A stretch of DNA of 63,053 nucleotides, filler included, from Platydemus manokwari (taxonomy: Eukaryota), in assembly GCA_037951405.1 (NCBI GenBank). It is 6 parts of 6 records of this genome, joined end to end, with 100 filler letters (N's around TTAATTAATTAA, not from the genome) between each part and the next. Parts side by side here need not be neighbours in the genome. Positions count along the whole stretch, not along the records: positions 9,800 to 19,666 come from JBBMOY011195099.1; positions 19,767 to 32,473 come from JBBMOY010007793.1; 4 more parts are not named here. One strand, written 5' to 3'. Shown here in pieces: positions 14,801-27,370 of this stretch. Below the pieces are notes generated by a model. The model was not told the DNA's origin and made no database searches. It saw only the letters and a list, made by a program, of their open reading frames with translations. Both the position numbers and the translations under genes were made by a program. Positions within the stretch are counted from its first letter, which is position 1. Each line of letters begins with the position of its first letter.

Positions 14801-15865
14801 CACTTAATTTCTATCCTTTTCAAAATTTGAAAAAAGCGAATTATATATTTTTATTATGTTAGTGATTTATTATCATTTTCGTTTTATTGATGTTAATGAT
14901 TCATTATTATTTCTATTTCTTCGAGATTGGTTAGAGGAAATGAACGATGAAAATGGAATAGATTCGCGTTCTTCATTGATTTAACATTAAAATAAAATCT
15001 AAGAGCATGCTTCAAGTACAAGCTTCAACATAATTCCGACAAGATGAATTACCTAAAATTTCATTTCCTAACTAAATGATATTTTAATTAAATGATATTT
15101 TAAAATTATTAAAAATATTTCACTCCATCATTACTATCGTTGTTTCATAATACGATTAATGATTGACATAAAAAAGGGTGTGATGTTTTAAGATGTTTAT
15201 ATTAAATGTTACAGCAAGCCATCATTCTTCATTTCAAGTTTTTTTATCAGCTTAATTATTTGTTGAGTTCACATGCTTTCTTCTTATCCTTTTTCACTCA
15301 ATGTTTAAGATTATGGCACTAATAGTCATTTTTTCTTCTTCTACACTTAGGATGTAATTGTCGTAGATATTTTGAATACTATTTTAGAATCCCATGCTTG
15401 ACATTTTCGGTTTTCCAACTGACTTTTCAGATTCTCGTTGAGTCATGTCTGTCTATCATTGTATGAATCATTCTATATCATCACTTGTTCCAGTTATCAT
15501 CTCGTTAGCAATTACTGCAACCTTTTTTTCTGTGTAGTTTATTTCTTCCAATGTAGTGTTTCTTCCTCATTGATATACTACACAATTGTTATACCATCTC
15601 AGCTACTTTACTCGCTATCAATAAATATTTCTGTTTCTCCATTTTTGACATCAATGCCTTTTCGACCAATGGGCGGTAAAGGATACGTAAATTCTTTAAC
15701 TGTTTAATCTGCTCGTTAAGCGCCAGAGAAGAATTTCTGGCTTATTATACAACTAACATTTCCGCGGGTCAATTTTTAAGATAAATGTGGAGAATTCGTA
15801 TCTCACGGGTTGAGCGATTTGCTATTGAACAATCTGACTCCAAGGATTGCGGATACTAGCACTCT

Positions 15866-16548
15866 TGTTAGGTTATAATAAAACAAAACGACAATGAATA
15901 GACAATGTTTATTATTATAATACAGTGATACAAACTTAGTAACTACACGGTACGATAAGAGGTACTAGAAGATAAGACTCGAATCCTATCCCTAAAGAGA
16001 GTGTGGGTATTGTCGGTGCAGCCTAATAGCTCGGACACAGACCCGGACCCGGTTGAAGATTAGAAAGAGTTTTTAGTGTTATGAAAATTGACAAGCCCGT
16101 AAAGGGATTGCAATAATAACCGAAGAATTAATCATACAAAAAGAATAATTACTCATAGTGGTAGCAATCCAGACTAGACAATTAGTTTAGCTGAGATACC
16201 GTAAGGCAGTTTAACTGAGACACTGCCCAGTATTTATACTATTTTTTCTCTGCTCTTTTGTGTGGGAACAAAGCATAGCTTTGTGCGCGTATGTTGTTTT
16301 AATTTTACTTATTGTCTTTGTGAATTTGTTTTAGTTAGTTTTCAAAGCATATGTTTTAGTTTCAAAATAATAAAGACATACAAAGACATATTTTTAAACC
16401 TAAACAAGGAAAGACATGTGTTTAAATTTTCGAGTTTCACATAACAAGGACATGTGCTTGAATTTTCAGTTTTTTATTTTCAATTAAAACAAAGACATAT
16501 GCCTCAATTCCATACAGAGACATATGTTTTGACTTCAGAATTGTCAAC
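15866..16548 (-). mobile_element. LTR-like sequence (minus strand) with decayed internal sequence to its left
   Basis: TG..CA termini (TGTTAGG at 15866; ATAACA ending 16446 or TCAACA ending about 16548). On the minus strand TATAAATA near 16230 is followed by AATAAA near 15910, and the U3-side is repetitive. No TSD or clear PBS seen. Confidence 0.5.
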
Positions 16549-18282
16549 AAACTAAGTACAAATTTTTAAATTTAATATTTCATTAATTATGTATTTACGA
16601 TTTCAGATATTGATTCCAATGATTCCAATGAATCCCCAACATCTCGATAATTGGTGAATTAAATAACTAGGATGAAAAAATGTATTTCATCCTGAAGAAC
16701 AAGCATGTAATATATCAATATTGCCCGAATAAACACTAATATTTATTTAACATAAACATAAAATGTTCTACTTTAGCGGTGGCACAAGTTCCCACATTGG
16801 CTTATGGTAAGAATAGATAATTGTGGATAATAAAACTTCGCTTTGTGGAGGTTCTGCAATATGGTTTTCAATCGTGCACTTCGATAACTATGCATAATCG
16901 TCTTGTTTTGAAGAGGTTTTAAAATAAGTGCTATAATGACTCGAATTAATAATTAATCACCAAAGTAAATAAAATAATGGGTTAATAAATAATGAATAAC
17001 TTACTACACGGTATTTAGGATAAATAGGATTAAAAGATACCGTACCATTGCCCAATTGGAACCACTGGTAAAGAGTCCGAATTTTGAAGATCGAATAAAA
17101 ATCATTCTCTAAGAAGCATATAAGCCATTGCCGTTTCAAGTGAAGAAGATACATTGAACTAAATAAGCATATCGCATTTTAAAATCTATATCAATATCTA
17201 CAACATCCGTCGCATATTCCTATTTATTGAGCTGTACATCATATTATGCAATGGGGTTTATCAATCATAAACTTATCTAAAAGATTGGAGTTCTTAAAGC
17301 ATTTGTATTTTTATAATCGCATGGTATGGTTTTAAATTTTCTCTATTTTATAATTCGTATTTGTGTTGACGATAAGCATATTTTCTTATTATCCGGCTTG
17401 ATATATTTATTAATCGATTGATATCGATAATAGTCGCATTTTATTGTTAAGTTGGCTGTGATTATAATTTCATGTCACTTTCTGTGTCAGTGAGACTTAT
17501 AAAATAAAAAGAGACTGATGAACACAATAATTAAGTCAATTCTGACATTGAATAGAATCTGTGTGAGGCAAGTTATAATACAATTACATGTTGTGTTCAG
17601 GTTAATATTAAATATTAAAAACACTATCTTACGATGTTCACCTTGTCTTCATGCAAGTAGTTGAGTGTCAAGACGAAAGAACCGTAAATAAATCAAAATT
17701 ACTCTCTTTATGTCAGAATAAGAGAACTCATATCGAGACTGATTAATTTGTAGATAGTGTTGATAAACAAAAATTATAATTAACTTTGAATAAATTAAAA
17801 AAACAATAGACTCCAAATTATATTAACAGTTGTTAATTTTATGTCAATAATATAATTTTTTAGTAATAAAATATTTATTATAATTGTGATATTATAAATT
17901 TAAAGTACAAAATTTTAAAAATTAAATGGCCATGAAATAAACAGTATATATAATCTTGGAATATCGTTTACATTTTGTGAAAATGACATATTTAAACAAT
18001 GGTATATAAATGCAGCTGGTTGGAAAATGTCAGAAACTGATTGTGAACAGAATTCGGCAGTTATATGACTATCCAATTAAAATATGAAGTTTGTTTAAAA
18101 TTAAGTCATTCGGTTGGGTAATCATATAACGGCGTGTCTATCAAAAATAAGGTATAGAAAAGCTAATAAAACATTCAGAGCCAAAAGAAGTATTAATATA
18201 TGAATCCTAAACTGAAGTTTTACAAAATATGGAAACTTTACGATTTAAAATATTCATTTGGTTTTAGAGATAGCCGAAACAT

Positions 18283-18595
18283 AATTAGTAACACACGTTA
18301 ATGAATAATTACCAAAATAATAACGTACTGCTAATAAGACAAATGTTAATATAATCAGCAATCAGTCGCAAATGTTATACCTGACAAACAACTTTGTCAT
18401 CTGATTGCTCAGTGATGAATTAATGTTATGAAATTCAGTGAATGCACAACGTTGAACTAGCTGAGCACTCAGTTAATATATGAATGTTACCGGTCGAATT
18501 ATGTGTGCAATATGATCGCTTGTCTGGTGGTTAATAGCGTTTTTATTAGCAACATGTTATTATTTGTGTTATTTTCCAGTAAAGTGTTACTAATT
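18283..18595. mobile_element. Degenerate foldback/palindromic MITE
   Basis: Left arm AATTAGTAACAC..AAATAATAAC..TGCTAATAA matches the reverse complement of the right arm TTATTAGCA..GTTATTATTT..GTGTTACTAATT; inner TGCTCAG/CTGAGCA pair. Confidence 0.65.
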
Positions 18596-19531
18596 TTGTA
18601 TTTTGTTTTATTTTACGTAACAACCTATTCATCATAATTCTCTAGGTCATTCGTCACGTTAACTCTAGGTATAACATTTTGTCCTAACAGATGATCACAA
18701 AGCCTAATTAAAAGTATCCTAACTGTTAGAAAATTTTGTTTTTTTATTTCATATTTTTTATCATTTTTATTGAATCTTGTTATTATTTCATGGTCACTTT
18801 ATTATTTTATTTACATTTGCACTACGTTGATCTTTTGGTTCTAAGTCTCGAAAAAGATAAGAAAAGAACTTTAAACTTTCTGCACTGTTGTTTTCTGTTG
18901 ACTACTTTTTTAGAATAAAATTTACTCCTGGAATCTTTACGAATTGGTATTGTGTTAATGTGTGAAAAAATCCATAAATACCACACAATACACCAAAATC
19001 ACGTAATACTAGCATGCAAAAAGTTTATTTCAATCTAATACCAATAGTTTTTGATATTTCTTCAACTTTAATAATAAGTCAAAACACTTGTCATAAAATT
19101 ATTCAAATTAAGTCACTCAATTAAATCACTTAAAGTCTTTATTGAAGGTTGATTTTTTTACACTACAAATATTTTTTTAATTGATCTAATTCCTGATAAT
19201 GGAATTTTATTGCATTAATTTTGTATGGCACGTATTTTATTCAGTTTTAGTTTCCGGGTGGGCTATTGTTGAATCTCTAATTGTGATTCATTAATCTGAC
19301 TTTAAAAGATATCAAAATGTGTAAATATTTATCAATTAATGCATATTAAAATAAATATCATACGATAAACAAAATTAAGATTCGTGTAAATGACATTCAA
19401 TATCCATGAGGAAAATGTGCCTTGGGATAGCATCAGAACAAGCAAGAAATGAAATAAAAGCAAGAACAATTTTAATATAAAAAAAATCAGTATATGTATA
19501 TATAAATATAGCGTGTGTGTATTTAACTATT

Positions 19532-19586
<55 letters not shown>
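19532..19586. repeat. Compound microsatellite (TA)n(GA)n
   Basis: Directly visible. Confidence 0.95.
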
Positions 19587-19591
<5 letters not shown>

Positions 19592-19766
19592 TTAGGATAC
19601 CATCTTACATTATCAATTAAATTTAAATTAACAAGGCCAAAATACGGTAACTACACTTTTTCAACANNNNNNNNNNNNNNNNNNNNNNNNNNNNNNNNNN
19701 NNNNNNNNNNTTAATTAATTAANNNNNNNNNNNNNNNNNNNNNNNNNNNNNNNNNNNNNNNNNNNN

Positions 19767-19915
19767 TTAGAGATGGAATCAGGAAATTACCTGAAAGATG
19801 GACAAATGTTATAGCTTCTGATGGAGAATACTTTGATTAATGTACTATGCAAAATGTACTTTAAATAAATAAATATTTTTCAAAAAAAACCGAAATTTTA
19901 AGGTTAAACACCTAA
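19767..19915 (+). mobile_element. Mariner transposon 3' end (transposase C-terminus plus right TIR), emerging from a gap
   Basis: Translates RDGIRKLPERWTNVIASDGEYFD* (stop ends 19840), a typical mariner transposase C-terminus. Ends ...AAGGTTAAACACCTAA followed by TA. Confidence 0.9.
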
Positions 19916-20476
19916 TAATTTTTTTAATAATTGTAGCGAAACATAGTTTTGTGTCATGGCTTTTCAGTTTGTTTTATAAAATAACTTGCTTTATAAAATA
20001 AGTGCGACTTTAATTACTGAAACGTTTCTATTTCTAACAATAAATTCATTTTAATTAAGGTTTTCTATATATTTAAGGTTTTCTATATATATTCACCTTT
20101 AATTATATTTCAAAATATATCGCTGATATATAAGCTTATCCACAATATTTCAACAACTAATAAGAATTACAATTTTTTAAAATACTTTTATTTAAAATAA
20201 ATATCTCACATATATTTTGTTTTCATACAATTTTAATTAAAAAAATTCTGTTGACAATGTTCTATATGTTACCAAACAATTTTTATGCTGAATGAAATTA
20301 ATATACGAATGATTTCATACTTTAATTACTACAGTATGATTCCACATAACCATATTTGCGAAAATATTCATTACAGACCTGTCACGAATTCTTCAAACTG
20401 TCGTTTGAATAATTTATAAGTTCGTCACATTCTCCTTATAAATCAAGAATCAAATGAGTTGAAATCTATAATAATT

Positions 20477-22006
20477 ATGGTGAAAGATTCTTCCAAATTG
20501 GAAAATCCCAAAACTTTGGCCAATGAATTCTACACATTTTCAGAGACTACTACAACCCACGGGTTTATTCGATTTGCGATATTTAAAAACTATATTGTAG
20601 TGAAAATTATATGGATCCTGATTATACTAGTTTCTGTTGTAGCTTTTGGTTATCATCTTAGCGTTTTATCAGCAAAGTTCATGAGCGATCCAATGAGGAC
20701 GAAATATTCATATTCCGAAATTGCAGAAGATCTGCCCAGCTTAACATTGTGCAGTAGCGATCCCTTCACGTATTCTTTCAATTTGACGAATACAATTCCA
20801 TACTATAATCAAAGTTTTAAAAATGTTTGGGATTCTGCGAAATTGTTTTGGCAAAATCACTTTCCCAACAATGAGGACAAAGCTAAATTGTATACACTTC
20901 ATTCACTAATCCCGCTTGGAATCAGGCATTTTGTGATATTGAATCCAACAATAGGAATTCTGACATGTGTGACAAGTATTGGAGGAGAATGTTTAATCTC
21001 AGAAAGGTCTCAGCATTTTATTTTTAATAATGAAGTTTGCGGAACAGTAAGCTTTGTAAAAAATAAAGAAAGCTCTAAAATTATGCGTTCTTTGAAATTA
21101 ATATACTTATGGTCAGATAAGATGGAATTTTCCTTTCGAATGACTTGGCCTTTGTGGAACTTTTTCATTAAAATTTATATTCATTCCGATCGTAATCTAC
21201 CTGAAATGAAGAGTCATAAAATTATTTCTCAGAAGGGTAACATATTTCTTAACGTCAAAGAAACCCATAGTGATAAAATCCCATCTGATAAACTACCGTG
21301 CAACGATACCGCATTAGAAGTCATGATATCCGATTTTTATGGGGAATTATACAGCCATAAATATACATTAGAGCTATGCAAACAGATTCACATTCAAAAT
21401 CAATTGTGGGAGAAATGCCAATGTATTTCCGCTTTACTCTCGATTCCTGGAAAGTTTGCACAACAAATACAAAATGAAGATAAAATATTTTGCTTTCACA
21501 TAGCTAATGAGACCAACATAAGTTCTTGGAATAATTTACAATCGAAGCAGATGAGATCTCAAATAAAGTGCTATGAAAACGTCATAGACAAAGAAGACTC
21601 ATCTTGCTTGCAACCTTGTCAAATGGTAACTTATGAAGGAAATAGCTACGCGGTTTCGCAGATTATTAAAATTGTTGCGCATGACAATATCAACAAATTA
21701 ATAAAATCTATTAGAAATTTCCGTGCTCAAAAATTTTTTAATCCCGATATTTGTTTTAAAAATGACGCTGTTTCAAGGGCTTTTTGTACGGTTATGAAAC
21801 AGAGGGTCTTGATAATTGAACTGATAATGAGTGATATAATCAAGAGTATCAAAGAAGCTCCTGATTATTATATTTCAAATTTATTATCTGATATTGGAGG
21901 AATATTGGGACTATATGCTGGAGCTGGATTATTGACGATCATTGAATTTATAGAGTTCTTCTTGAAGTTGTTTCAATTGATTATGAGAAGAAATATTCAG
22001 GTTTAA
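20477..22006 (+). CDS. DEG/ENaC/ASIC/FaNaC-superfamily ion channel subunit, intronless, about 509 aa
   Basis: N-terminal TTTHG motif, TM1, post-TM1 LPSLTLC, Cys-rich thumb (YTLELC..KCQC..CLQPC), TM2 LLSDIGGILGLYAGAGLLTIIEFIEF. First ATG is 20477; the ORF track starts at an upstream TTG. Confidence 0.92.
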   Translation: MVKDSSKLENPKTLANEFYTFSETTTTHGFIRFAIFKNYIVVKIIWILIILVSVVAFGYHLSVLSAKFMSDPMRTKYSYSEIAEDLPSLTLCSSDPFTYSFNLTNTIPYYNQSFKNVWDSAKLFWQNHFPNNEDKAKLYTLHSLIPLGIRHFVILNPTIGILTCVTSIGGECLISERSQHFIFNNEVCGTVSFVKNKESSKIMRSLKLIYLWSDKMEFSFRMTWPLWNFFIKIYIHSDRNLPEMKSHKIISQKGNIFLNVKETHSDKIPSDKLPCNDTALEVMISDFYGELYSHKYTLELCKQIHIQNQLWEKCQCISALLSIPGKFAQQIQNEDKIFCFHIANETNISSWNNLQSKQMRSQIKCYENVIDKEDSSCLQPCQMVTYEGNSYAVSQIIKIVAHDNINKLIKSIRNFRAQKFFNPDICFKNDAVSRAFCTVMKQRVLIIELIMSDIIKSIKEAPDYYISNLLSDIGGILGLYAGAGLLTIIEFIEFFLKLFQLIMRRNIQV

Positions 22007-22751
22007 AACATCCCAATGTGATAGCACATAAACTCGTGAAATTGTTTTGTTTTAATGATGTGTAACACTGTATTTGTTTTTAATTTCAAAACAGTTTTTT
22101 CTTTAAAATTGTTTCGATCAGACATGTATTTTTACTCAGTACTGTGAAAGAAGACATTTTATGTCACATTAAATATTGATTAACGATCTCAATTAAATAT
22201 ATGATGTGTTAAATAAGCTGTTTATAATTAAATGAATACAGAGTTAAAACAAAATGAAACAATAATTCGATTAAAACAAATAATTTAAAGCACAGAATCA
22301 ATTTAAAATGGGTAGCCTGATGCTTACGCAATTTGACACCCTAAAACATGAAAACAATGTAAAATAAAATATTACCACCTTCTATATAGTGAATTTAAAA
22401 AAATTGTCTGATTTTATATAATATTTTCTAACTATTTATAGTAGTCGATAATATATACTTTATATAATAATAACTAACTATAATATTATAATTATTTTTA
22501 ATTAATTATCTATTTTGAGACACTATTATCCATCATACTTATAGCTCAGTCTGTAATCCATTATAAATTTGATTTCTTCAAGTTTTCGTACTCCAGCGTC
22601 AAAGTTTATTACCATGTCAGAGTTTAAAATCCCATAATGTTCTGATTGGTTTTTAACCCACAAAATAGTAATCCTGGATTTTGGATTATTTAATGAATTG
22701 ATCTCTATATTAGTATATAAACTGATAGCTATTTTTTCTAAATTTATTTTA

Positions 22752-22809
22752 GTCCTATCTGTCTCTGGTCCAAGACCCTGATTACGCCTATGGAAGGCCG
22801 AAATAGGAC
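22752..22809 (+). ncRNA. Type III hammerhead ribozyme motif, copy 1 (core degenerate)
   Basis: Stem III GUCCUAU/AUAGGAC (7 bp, perfect), cleavage triplet AUC (22757-22759), stem I GUCU/AGAC, core CUGAUUA (canonical CUGANGA), stem II GCC/GGC, then GAAA. Confidence 0.7.
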
Positions 22810-22872
22810 ATTACCCGTACCATAAAACCACACTCATCATCATTGCAGCTATAGTTCATGAAGACTCCGATA

Positions 22873-22942
22873 GAAAATTCTATATGACTCTGAACCGATG
22901 TACTGATGAGGCCTAAAAAGGGCCGAAATAGGCCTAATTTTC
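22873..22942 (+). ncRNA. Type III hammerhead ribozyme motif, copy 2 (core intact)
   Basis: CUGAUGA-GGCC-UAAAAAG-GGCC-GAAA (22903-22928). Stem III CUAU/AUAG extended by GAAAAUU/AAUUUUC; cleavage triplet AUA (22882-22884); stem I imperfect. Confidence 0.75.
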
Positions 22943-25900
22943 AGCAAAATCATACTCCATTTATTTTTATATTTTCACCAATTGACATATGTTTACGAAT
23001 TATCACAAAAAGATAAGCTTAGTACTCAAATTACCAACCAAAAATACTAGCAGATATTAATGGAACACAACCTCTTTTATAGACATATCGGGTGTGTCTG
23101 CTTGATGTCACTGATCTCCGTTTTCCATTTGCTGAATTTGTTCGTGAATCGATTTACTTGAAATTATCCTCGCATTTGTCATGCCATTGGCGAATATTTG
23201 AGATTTATAGGAATGTGCCTGTCGATTATTAGCTTCTAAATATGGATTAATATTATAATAAATTTGATTGGTTAACTGCACGTGTTTTTATCGAGTCTGT
23301 GTGTATTGACCCTTTTTAGGGTTCATTTCTTGGTTCTTGTGACCCTTTTAATTGATTTGTGATATAACTAGCAGTGCCATATAATATTAAATAGTAGAAT
23401 GAGATATTTTAACAGGTAAATGCTACCCCTAAACTAATCTACTGAAGTTCGTTAAAAAAATTCGATATCCTTCTTAAAATCAAATCTCCCGCCCTTTGTT
23501 TTTCTTCCAGAGTTGGATGATATTGGTTCTTATCAATGATCGTTTATTGCCCTCGGAACACCACGGGTTACATATGATAGAAGCTTAATATCACACATTT
23601 AATATTATTCATATTTAACGTATTGTAATGTGATTAATAAATGTTTTAGTCCTAACTTATTTCGATAATCATAATGTGTTTATATATAGAAGCACACAGC
23701 TTGGGATTTGTTCACCTTTAAGAGTCAGATATTTGTGGAATAACTTCAATCTCATATCAGATTTTGAGATGTATTGATTTTAGTTTCATTACTTTTTCAC
23801 TTAAATGACCAACAATTCATTGTGGTTAATTTGAGTCGTCTATATCACCAAACAACACACATTATTTCATCAATAGCAATGTGACGAAAGCAACTTTGTG
23901 ATTCATCTAAATAATATTGTCAACCTTTAATTTCACTTGCTATTTTATTCGAACAAATATTTGCACTCTGGCATATAGACCTTTCCAAATCATGCACTAA
24001 TGTTTCCACGTGATCATTCAACAATCTTATTGGTCGATTTCCACAAAATGTATTTTATTATAATATTATATAGCCATTTGATTTCATTAAATGCTGCATT
24101 ATTAAAAAGGAAAAGAAAGAAAAACTTTCGAAACTCTAAACTTGAATTCATTTCAAATAGTTAATTCGAAAGATTACGATAACGGAAAATGTATTAGAAA
24201 AATCGGAACTCGGACCAATATTCTTTTGCTTAAAACCAAGCACTAGCAAAGAGTTTAAAGAGTGTTTGAGCAGAAATTTGAAAAATTAAACAAAGAATCA
24301 ACTAAATAAGAGTAATTTTGTCTTTGTTTATGAGAATTATATTTAATATTTTGATTATATTTTTGCTCATAAGTATTCGGTGGATACCTGGCCTAAGTTC
24401 ATTGTGGTAGCTTGATCCGATATCCGATAGCCATTTTTAATTGGCTCATCAAATTAATGATCCATTCAATAAACCTGTCTATCACTCATCACTCGGATAT
24501 AGCCATATGTTTTAATTGGATTTTGTTGGTTCCGTATCAACAAATAATTCAGTCCCTTTAATTAACATTCACCCATTATATTTCTACATTATTTAGCTAT
24601 GTTTCTGATAACTTTTTTACTCGCTTTGTGTCATCGACGATATGAACAAATTTAGAGCCGATTACCGATGGATCCCATTAAATTCAACGAGTTATTGCAG
24701 AAACACAAAACACAGATGCCATAATTTATTATAACATCTTGGATAATCTACTTTTTTTTTGTAAGCAGATCGTTTATTTTATTGGTGACATGTAAGAAAA
24801 CTATCTTAATTCAAAAACGGTCGTTGAACAAAATCTCTTTTATGTAAATCATTTTTAAATAAATATTCTTCAGCTTAAATGAAACGAATGGTGGGCATCA
24901 GTTATCAAGGATTCACAATGAATCAGTTTAGAGCATCTTTCAATTGATCAAAATCGATACCATGATAAAATTCAAAAAATTGTTGACGGCTTATTTTCTG
25001 AGCTCTTCTTTTACTTATCAAAAGGCCATGAGAATTATATAAACCTATTAAATATGCTAATAGCAATGGCAATGAGCAATGATTTATCATAATCCATATA
25101 TGATTAAGAACTAAAACTTGGTACTACAAATATTTATTAATAATGGCACCAATACAAAAGCTGATTAACGAAGTTATAAATTGATTTTAAAACTACAATA
25201 TACAGCAACTTATGAGGGACCTTAACAAGTCCTGGATAAAGAAACGGTAATCTTACTTCTACTAGTGGAGCAGAACCAATTACCTTTCAAGATTTTTGAA
25301 TAAAAACTCGATAATAAGAGATAAACGATACAATATTTGACATGAATGTGGTCTTCCAGTAAAATGCTGGTTATATAGGCAATCCTGACTTTCTGCACGG
25401 AATGGTCTTCTATTGTGAGTTGATTGAATGGCGAACTAATATCTTCTCCCCCATATGACGGACTATTGTCACCATATATTTATAAATAATAATTATTATA
25501 AATATCGATATATTTTACTATTTTAAGATGTTTCTCACTCAAAAATCTCGACAATTGTTAGAATAGAAAAAATATATGCAGATTAAATAAAAATTAATAC
25601 ATATTTTGTGTATCGTCACGCATTGTTATAATAAAATATGCACAATGCTGCACATAGTGAATTAATTGTTGGATCAAAACCCAAACAGTAATGATTAGCT
25701 CACGAATGAAATATCTGACGTTTATTGTTGGATATTTTGATGAGTCTGTTAAATGCGAAATAATTGGAAATAAATGTCACTTAGATTAAGCACCTTTCAA
25801 TATGAATCTAAGGTCAAAGGCAATTGACAATACGAATAAAAAACAACGGAAAATTACCTATATATCTTGATATACAATGCCTGTACTTCTGGAATTATTA

Positions 25901-27370
25901 TAGCCTTATCATAATATGTTGTCTGAAAAAGATAAGAATATAATTTGATCTGATGGAAGCGATAGTAGTTTAATGATAGTCGTTTAAAGCCACGCTGATG
26001 GTAAAAGATTTTACGAAAATCAGGCAAACGAAAGGACTGCGAAGTAGAAAATATCTCGTTTAGTTAAAATAAAATCATAACATGTAAATCGGTCAAAAAT
26101 AGGTTACAACTTAATCAATATTATCTTTGCAGGCGTATTCTTATGTACAGTTTTAAGATAAATTAAACTGCTACCAAATCATCGAACACCAAAAATCTCG
26201 AATGAACTTGGAAGTAGTGAATTTGAAGAAATTTGATGATAATTGAAAAGGAAGGGAAATTGTTATACTAGGATAAGATGTTTTCTAGAGAAAAAAACAG
26301 TAAAAGATGTACACAGAAAGTGATAGGTATATTTTTCTCTATCAATCAATGAAATTTATTAGTCCCCATTTAGTGTAGATGGAATTTCCCCATAAATTAA
26401 GTTGCGGAAAATCGAAAGGATTCCAAAGATTTCAAAAATAATCGAAATCAAAGTGCGAAAACTTATATATCGATTGCAAAATTCCTAAAGTATTTTAGAT
26501 TGACATCTGCTTGTATGTGAGTGAAACTCTAAAGTGATACCAAAATAAGATATTGTATGAGAAATAAATTGTAAAATCTTTTGGTTTGTTTCCAAAGCAT
26601 TTTTAGTATTGGAAATGCATAAAAATTTATAAAGATATTATTTATGAACATTTATTGAACCGTGGGAGATTAAAATTTTAAGCGATTTTTTTGAATTTTT
26701 AATTAAAATAAATTTGTTTAATTAAAATGATAATTTTTAACAAAAAAAGTTTAAAATTTTTATCTCACATTTATTATCGATTAAAATTGTTTGAATTTAG
26801 ATTTTGTAACTTTCATTTAATGAAATTGTTTATCAATAATTAAAAAAATAAATTAAAAAATCATTAAATAACTATTTTCAAATTTGTTTATTATCACTAT
26901 TAAATCAAATAATTCGAATTTTAATCAATTTAAAAAATATTAATTATTGATAAAAATTGATTTTAATTAAAGTTCAAACCACATAAATATAAATCATTGT
27001 ACCGAATAATTGTAATTCCTACGGCTTTCATTTGATTTTCTTTAATATTTGCTGTAATTAATCTAATTCAAAAACTCAGAAATTATTTCCGAATATTTGA
27101 AGTTCCTTTTAATTTGAGGAACAACTAATCGTGATCAGATGAATAATATGAGGTCCTGGGAACAACTATAAATTTGAATATTAATTATCACTGGCATATT
27201 ATAATTATTTTTATAAAAAATAATTTTAACCAATGAAAAATAAACCAATCATCATCATTATTTTTAAAATTATTTTTAATCAATACTATTTGAGAAAAAT
27301 GACATTAATTTAAATAAATCATTTGATATTAATTTCAAACAATGCTTTAATTTTTAAAAATCGATTAATA

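Noticed and set aside
19517-19714. ORF with an ER repeat
   Set aside because: Translation of a (TA)n(GA)n microsatellite running into a gap.
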